DNA from: Chrysomallon squamiferum
Taxonomy: Eukaryota > Animalia > Mollusca
Assembly (NCBI GenBank): GCA_012295275.1
Contig: CM022669.1
Span: 12,772,001 to 12,836,000 of the forward strand
Length of the DNA stretch: 64,000 nt
Reading direction: 5' to 3'
Both the position numbers and the translations under genes were made by a program. The notes beneath the pieces are model-generated. The model saw only the letters and a program-made list of their open reading frames with translations, was not told where the DNA came from and did not search any database. Positions within the stretch are counted from its first letter, which is position 1. Each line of letters begins with the position of its first letter. This document shows, piece after piece, positions 56,659 through 64,000 of this stretch.

Positions 56659-58709
56659 CAATGACTGGCCGCTGATGATGTAGAACAATAATTTATAACG
56701 ACGACGTCACCGTCGAAACGGGTGTAGAAAGAGAACAACAAAATCACAACTGTACGGATGACAACTACACAGGATTGTTTGCGAAAGTGAGAAAAATTAT
56801 AATTAAAAAAAAAAAAGAAAAAAAAAGAGAACATATATAAAAATATTTAATCGTATAAAAATGTATGGTAGGTATTAAGAAATGAAGAAGATGAAGATGA
56901 CAACGTCTCGCTGCTGTTTGTGATGACGTGCGTATCACGCTTCGTGATTTGAGTTCACGGGAGACAATGCATTGAAACAGAAACTGACGGAGCATTGTAA
57001 ATTCTCACTGCATTATTTTTTAACATAGTATTATATTTTGTAATCATCTTCTTTTCAAACTACCATCAGTTAACCACGACTGATTTTTTTATCAAACCAG
57101 TGCGAACTCTTTGAAATCAGCTTCATAAAAGATTTATTTTGTAATCGTTTTGTTTCACAATACCATCAAAGAACGATGACATATTATTACAGGGAAATGT
57201 ATCGACCGATTTTAAGTTACAGTTTGCAGTCGTTTTGTTTCCTAACCTCCGTTCGTGGAGGATCTATAAGTCAACAAGTATGTCAGAAAAATAGAAACAA
57301 TACAAACATCAAAATCGTTAATTTAGCTTTATATTTTGTAAGCGTCATCTGAACAGAACATTTTGTCACATATTACATTAGGTGAACAAAAGACGTTTCG
57401 TGATTATAAGATTATGATTAAGAAGAGAAGCATATCGACGTTATTTGGTTTTTGCTGAAAGAATGAAAGAGAAATAAAAAATGTATGGATACAGACACTA
57501 CGTCTGTAATTAATATTTGTACGCTGAAACTTGGTGCGAGTTAGTTGGTGCCTTAACTATCATAAAAGAGTCGAAGAATGGATTGGTTGGGGTTTTTTAT
57601 ATGGCTAAGTCTGTTAGAAATGTAAACATGAGCAGTCAACGAGGAAGAGAAAAGAGACTGTGTGAATTAAAAATGTGCTTATTGAGAAAACAGGGAAATG
57701 TTGATATGACAAATAAAACCGTGTCATTGATGAAAGTATATATATATATAGACAGAGAGAGACAAAGTGAAAAAAGAAAAAAAAAGGAAAAAAGAAGACG
57801 ATATCAGCGAGATTAATGGTGTGAAAAAAAAAGTGAGAGGAAAATTCTGGAGAAGAAAAATCTTCATTTCCTTGCTACGTGAGTCCGCGTGATGGTCGTC
57901 ACGAAGATAAATCTGCGTTATTTCCAGTTACACGGGTTTTTATGTGTGAAAACTTCGAGATATCGACAGTTTAAATTCCTCATTATCATTTTATGTTTAA
58001 ACAGACACCGGTTTTGGTGGGGCTTTTTTTTTTTTTTTTTTTTTTTTTTTAACGCGGTTTTAAACAAGGAATTGCTTAACACATGGAGTTTATCACTCCT
58101 GTCATGATATGCGTGATTAAATGCAAAAAAAAAAAAAAAAAAAAAAAAATTGAAAAAGGAAAGAAAGGGAAAAAAAATGTTTTAAAACCTGAAAACCAAC
58201 AAACAAAAACTGAAAACGGAAATGTATATGAACAAATTGTTTAGATGCCTATTGACTTTATTTTTAGAATGGGTGTCTTTGTTCTTGTTTAGATGATAAA
58301 AACAATACTAGAATATTTACTTAATCTATGCGAATATGGTATAGGAACATGTCAGTATGTGTTGATGCTGAATATGGATTATGTTATGTTTTTGTTTTAA
58401 TATATTTCATTCGTGAACTGATTTCTATCGATCATTAGTTTCAAAACGGGTGGTCGCTTTTTGGTGCAATATATCGTATTCTTATCTATATAGAGCCACA
58501 TTATAAGTCACACAAATATACATGCATAAATGCACTTACATACATACAGACATACATACATATCCAAACCATGACATTTTCATTTATAATCAAACCATTA
58601 TTCTTTAATTAAGCGAAGAGAATAGCAATGCTTGATCATATTTGTTATGAAACAAAAAACAAAAATAATAAAAATAAACTTCAGATATATCTACTTCTAT
58701 AAATGGTAT

Positions 58710-58768
<59 letters not shown>

Positions 58769-60684
58769 GCAGCAGCTAATTATATAAATATACATATTAC
58801 AATACCTGTTCGTGTTAATGCAGCTTTCTGTGTTTTCGTTACGCGTACAGTATAGACACTAACAATTACAACAACGTCATACAGTTGTTATGACGTCATG
58901 GTATTTCTATTGTTAAGACGTCATTATTTACCCTCATTAAAGAAACTATGTAAGTATGAGTAAAATCAAGATTAGTAAAAAGAATGTTCATACTGTTACT
59001 GTTAAAATATGTGTCTGTTATCAGTTTTCAAAGTGTAAAGTCAAACAGATTTTTAAAAAAGCCCTTGAATTCGTTTTGTTCAATACTTTTTAAAGGATAA
59101 TAATAATAATAATAATAATGATGATGATGATTAAGATGATTATGATGATGTTGATAATGATAATAAAGTGAAAATACTATTACTATTGTTACTACTAATA
59201 ATAATAATAATTAATGAAAGAAAACAAAATAAAAATAATAATAAATAAATAAACAAACATGAAGAAAAAGAAAAAGAAGAGATTTAAACAAGCTTAGACA
59301 TATAATTTTTAATTCCATTAAGTAAGAAATATCGCCGATTTAAACTAATTCGTTATTTACTGAATTAAAAAATAGCTTCTAAATTGTTAATGTGCAGTTT
59401 GATATGATATCTTTTCGTGTTAGGTTCTATGATTCTATCAAAAAACTCTCACTTTACCATGTTTCGCGAACGGCATGACAAAATAATATTTGTATCAGTG
59501 CATCCTTTGTTGTTGTTTTTTTGTCTTTCATTGGTCATAAACATTACTCATTTTTCAACTGTAACAACATATGAACAGTTTCGTCAAATTACACTTTATT
59601 ATTCATTTTTGCAAAGATGATAATACATGAAAATACAACGCAAATGTCATACGTTGTTTTCTGTGCTTTGTATTTTATGGTCAAAATACATAAATCTTTT
59701 TTTTGTTAAATAGTAAGAAAAGAAACAAACATAAGAACAATGGGCAAACGCACAAATGTATTTTATTAACGTTTTAGGCTCTGTCATAAATTTTTATCTT
59801 TACATATTGCGTTTTCTATTTTATTTATTTATTCATTTATTTATTGATTTATTTCTCTTTTACATATCATCAAATGCGTTTACAGGAAATATGTAATAAT
59901 AAGGATGTTGATGATTATGATGATGATGATGATGATGATGGTGATAATAATAATAATAATAATAATAATCTATTCTTATAACATAATGTATGTTTATATT
60001 AAAAAAAAAACTATTCACAATTAATCCATTTATACACGTTCTTTTCGTGAATTTTTTTTTTTTTTCTTTTTTTTTTTTTTTTAATTACTAAATCGCCTTA
60101 TTAATTGATAATAATTTAACTCTCACCTATGTTCAAGCTGGAATATATGCAATGTAGTCATAACAATCTGAAAATGGTTTCACAGTCGTAAATGGACAGC
60201 AATTCAAATATCGTAACATCACTGGCAAGCGACCTAACTCGATAAAAATTGTTAATACAGTTCTCTGTAGTATTCATTAGATCCAGAGATCGCTACATGA
60301 ACATTAATCAGAAGTCCTGTGCATCTCCAGAGTGAAATTAAGCAGATATTTACTGTTAAAGATCACCAGAGGTCACGACACGGAGGTCGCTAATCTCGGC
60401 CTGAAATAGACACGATGTCAATTTCACTGTCAGGGAATAACTGTAGCAAGTTTAATTCTCGATATTTTTTATATATTAGGTTAATGTGTTGTATTAACAT
60501 CTGACTAATTTTTGGTATCTCAGATGATTTTTGGTCTTATTATTATTATTATTGTTGTTGTTGTTGTTGTTATTATTATTATTATTGTTGTTGTTGTTGT
60601 ATTTTAAAATTATTTTAATTTATAATTTATTTTTATTTTTATTCATTTTATTTATTTATTTATTTATTTATTTTTATTTTATTA

Positions 60685-60715
<31 letters not shown>

Positions 60716-61829
60716 GTTATTATTGCGTAGACAAAATGCTCGGAAAAGAAGAAAAGAAAAATATTCGTGGGACCGAGTTTTTAAATAAATACATTATTTA
60801 TAAGTTTCAAATTAAATCAGTCAAGATATACCGGGATATATCTAGACACTTCAGCTGGAGATGAAATAATTTTACACCAACAGCAATGTCGTAGTTACGT
60901 ACAGTCGTAAAAGAGATATAAACCAGTTTGAAGTCTCGTTTAGTGAACGACTCTACCCTACTTAACTTAATTAATCAGTTAATTTATTTTCTGATATAAC
61001 GAATAATTTTTTCACAAATATCTGCTTTTGTAAAACTCGGTCCGAAGTCGATGAACAAAAAAAAAAATAAAAAAATTAAAAATAAAAAAAAAAAAATAAA
61101 AACCCATTAATGTGTGCATATATTTATTTAGATATATAATTGTAATATATGCGAATTAATGGATTTGCCTGAAAGTGCGTGCTTGCGTGCATGTGTGTGT
61201 CTGTGTGTAAATGAAAGATACAGTCATTAAATATATTAAAAAATGTAGAATGATTGACAATAATTGACCATATATTGTAAATAAATTAAGAGTTACCTGT
61301 TTGAAAAATAACACAAATTATTTAATAATATTGTTAATATCATCAATTGATTATGTTTAATTGTGTACATAGGTGTAATTCTGTATCGGGTTTAGTAATT
61401 ACAAGTCACTAGAATTCAATCAGCTTGGAGAATTAAAGTGACTAGTATCAATATCAAAAACACCCAGAAATGAAGTCTAAAATATGGGCCTTCATCTATC
61501 TCTAGAGAACTTCATATATATATATATATGTCTTATTATTAATAAAGTTTGATATATAAGGAAAAAAAATAAAACATTGAGAGTAGCAAGAAGTATATAT
61601 ATATATCTCCCGAAAGCACAGAAGACAAATTCATATTACTAGTTTAGAATATCCTCTTTAGCAAATTTACGTTTACCTTGGTCTTTAAACTTTCGTACTG
61701 AATCTCCGATCTTCAGAGTATTGTTCTAAATGTAAACTAAGTTATAAATATCAGATATTGGTGCAAGATATTTTTTGTCTTTTTGACAGCTGTTTGACGC
61801 CAATGCTTATTATATGAAGGTGTCGTCAA

Positions 61830-62208
61830 GGCTATATGATACCTTGTCACATAGATATGCAGTGCCATTATCATGTTGACATATAGTACCATTGTCACAT
61901 ATACATTTGGTACTATTTCCATATATGGTACTGTTGTCATACAGAGACATAAGTTCAGTAGTAACAGAGCAATAGGATGCTATTGTCGCACAGAAGAGAG
62001 TACCATTGCTTATAGACATATGGTACTAGTGATGATATACGACACTGTTACAGTTTTATTATGCGTCCAGTAGTAATATAAAGACATAGGGTACTATTGT
62101 CATACAAACATATGTTACTACACTCATATAGAAATAAGCTACCATTGTCAGGTAGATGAAATACGGTGCCACTGTCATACAGAGACACAGGCTATCATTG
62201 TCATATAG
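61830..62208. repeat. 24-bp degenerate minisatellite (gtaccattgtcatatagacatatg)
   Basis: Repeated gtac(c/t)attgtca(t/c)a motif; the last unit is interrupted by the MITE and resumes at ~62622. Confidence 0.8.
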
Positions 62209-62621
62209 GGCTTACTCCCATTATGTCGAATTCTCAATTGGTCGAATTGCCCAAACAATAATAAATACGGTTCAATGGTCTTACTGACATACAAGCTGTT
62301 ACCTTAGCATTATAATGAAGTGTTCTGATTATCTGGAAACCGATTATTATCGCTTATTGCATAAAGTATCCAGATGTGACAAATACTGAAATAGTCCATG
62401 TACTGAATGTAGTGAATGTCAGTAAATAATTTTTAAAAATCTCCAGCTAAAAATTGTTATTTAATCAAAAAGCAATCACTGCAGTTTCATTAGGTGACAG
62501 TATGTAATCAAAACTTGTATGAACACGAAGAGGCCATATTCAATACATACACAGAGTATGAGGTATTTCGGTAGACGAGTTATTCCGACCTATTGGGAAT
62601 TCGACCAAATGGGACGACACC
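62209..62621. mobile_element. Non-autonomous DNA transposon (MITE), ~413 bp, imperfect ~38-bp TIRs, 8-bp TSD
   Basis: Left end is ggcttactcccattatgtcgaattctcaattggtcgaat; the reverse complement of the right end is ggtgtcgtcccatttggtcgaattcccaataggtcggaat. Flanks are tcatatag (62201-62208) and taatatag (62622-62629). Confidence 0.78.
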
Positions 62622-64000
62622 TAATATAGACATACGTTCCAGTGTCTCAAACTTCTACAGTTTTTAATTCTGTCACGATTGCCTAACTTTTATATAGAAA
62701 TAAAAATTAGCAGCAGTAAATTATAAAAAAGGAAACATTCTATATTACTTTAATACTCTTTAATTCAATCAGAAATATTCATTGTGCCATATATTTTCAA
62801 TGTTGTTATAGACTCATATTTACTAAACTTGTACAATATTAATTTTTCTCGTGTGCACAAACCCCATGATTATGAAAAAATCAAGTTGTATATGTAATAA
62901 TGTGTTTAACTTATTATATACTTTATCTCAAATGTAAATATATTTAAAAATTTCATGTTGTATATTATATCATCACATTTCATATTAAAAATTTTCGAAA
63001 CTCATATTGATTTAGTTGTTAATTTTTAATTTTGGTGGGTTTTTTTCCTTCTGTTATTCTTTGTTTGTTATGGCTGATATCATGTAAATAAATACCCAAT
63101 CTGCAATCAGGATATATTCTAAGAACTATAAAAATCAAGAGTTTATATTGATAATGCTTCTGCAAAACAGATGTTAATATAACTGTGAATCCCACACAAA
63201 TATCCTCATGCAGGAATGCAAATACAATACCAGTTTATTGTTTATTTAGCAACAAACATTTAAGCGTATAAATAACTGTGATCATTTCAGATTAAAAATA
63301 GTGTACATTAATAAAGCTTAATTAGAAGGTAAACTTAAAGCAGTCAGTGCAGCTAAATATACGTTTTATTACCCCAGTGACATCATTACTGAAAGTCATA
63401 GTGATGCGAATCTTCGGGGACTTTAGTGATCCACTAATCTAAATAACGGACATAGAAATAAAACTAGTCGAATGAAATATTTATAGTGAATCGATCCTGC
63501 TGACCTCCGTTTCTCACCACTGGGGTCATTATCGGCTAGTTCGTACACGTGGCTGAAGCCGATTTACGACGCAGAGTTACTTGATGTGTTAACATAATGG
63601 TCGTCGTGGGCATTTCTCTGATATCGCATCATAAAAAGGGGTTTTCAGCAAAGTAGTCTCACTGACCTTTTTGTTAGCCGTCGTTTTCTTGAGGGGCAGA
63701 TAAGTTAATTTTCGTGTCAAGATGGTATTCGTTTGCGCCATCGTGTCATGCACTGATTTAATTTTTGTCAGTCAAGTCTTGCAAATAATCTGTCGCTGTT
63801 TTTTTTCTTCTTTTTTTTGGTGGATTAACATGATTTGTTTTGCCTCTTCTATGTAATTTATTAACGAGAAATGGCAGACTGACCTTAATCTACCAATTCT
63901 TAGCTGAAGGAAGATGCAGGAATCATAATTGTGTAAACGTGTAAAAAAAAAAATATATATATATATATATTACAGACACATACATTCCAAGCAGAAACAG

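Noticed and set aside
57473-57478. AATAAA as the polyadenylation signal
   Set aside because: The hexamer is very common in this AT-rich region; the 3' end cannot be assigned without transcript data.
61737-62073. ORFs with repeated CDNGT-like motifs resembling a Cys-rich protein
   Set aside because: Product of the 24-bp minisatellite; short, open on both strands, no gene structure.

Overview
AT-rich, microsatellite-dense animal genomic DNA; the composition suggests a mollusc, possibly a cephalopod (inference only). One + strand protein-coding gene spans most of the window. I reconstructed it by hand from seven GT-AG exons whose phases all join: 120-228, 37256-37389, 48107-48326, 49305-49325, 55108-55398, 56170-56193 and 56540-56658. 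The CDS is 918 nt (305 aa) and encodes a signal peptide, two Ig domains and a GPI-type hydrophobic tail, matching the Dpr/ZIG-8-like cell-surface Ig family. Notable details are two frame-preserving micro-exons (21 and 24 nt), a dibasic KR in the stalk micro-exon, a 21-codon upstream ORF whose stop overlaps the start codon (TAATG), and a 37-kb first intron. The rest is intronic or downstream DNA with microsatellites, four degenerate minisatellite arrays, a tRNA-derived SINE-like relic, and a ~413-bp MITE with inverted termini and an 8-bp target duplication. Nearly all ORFs in the supplied track are translations of simple repeats. I found no convincing evidence of a novel multi-gene system.
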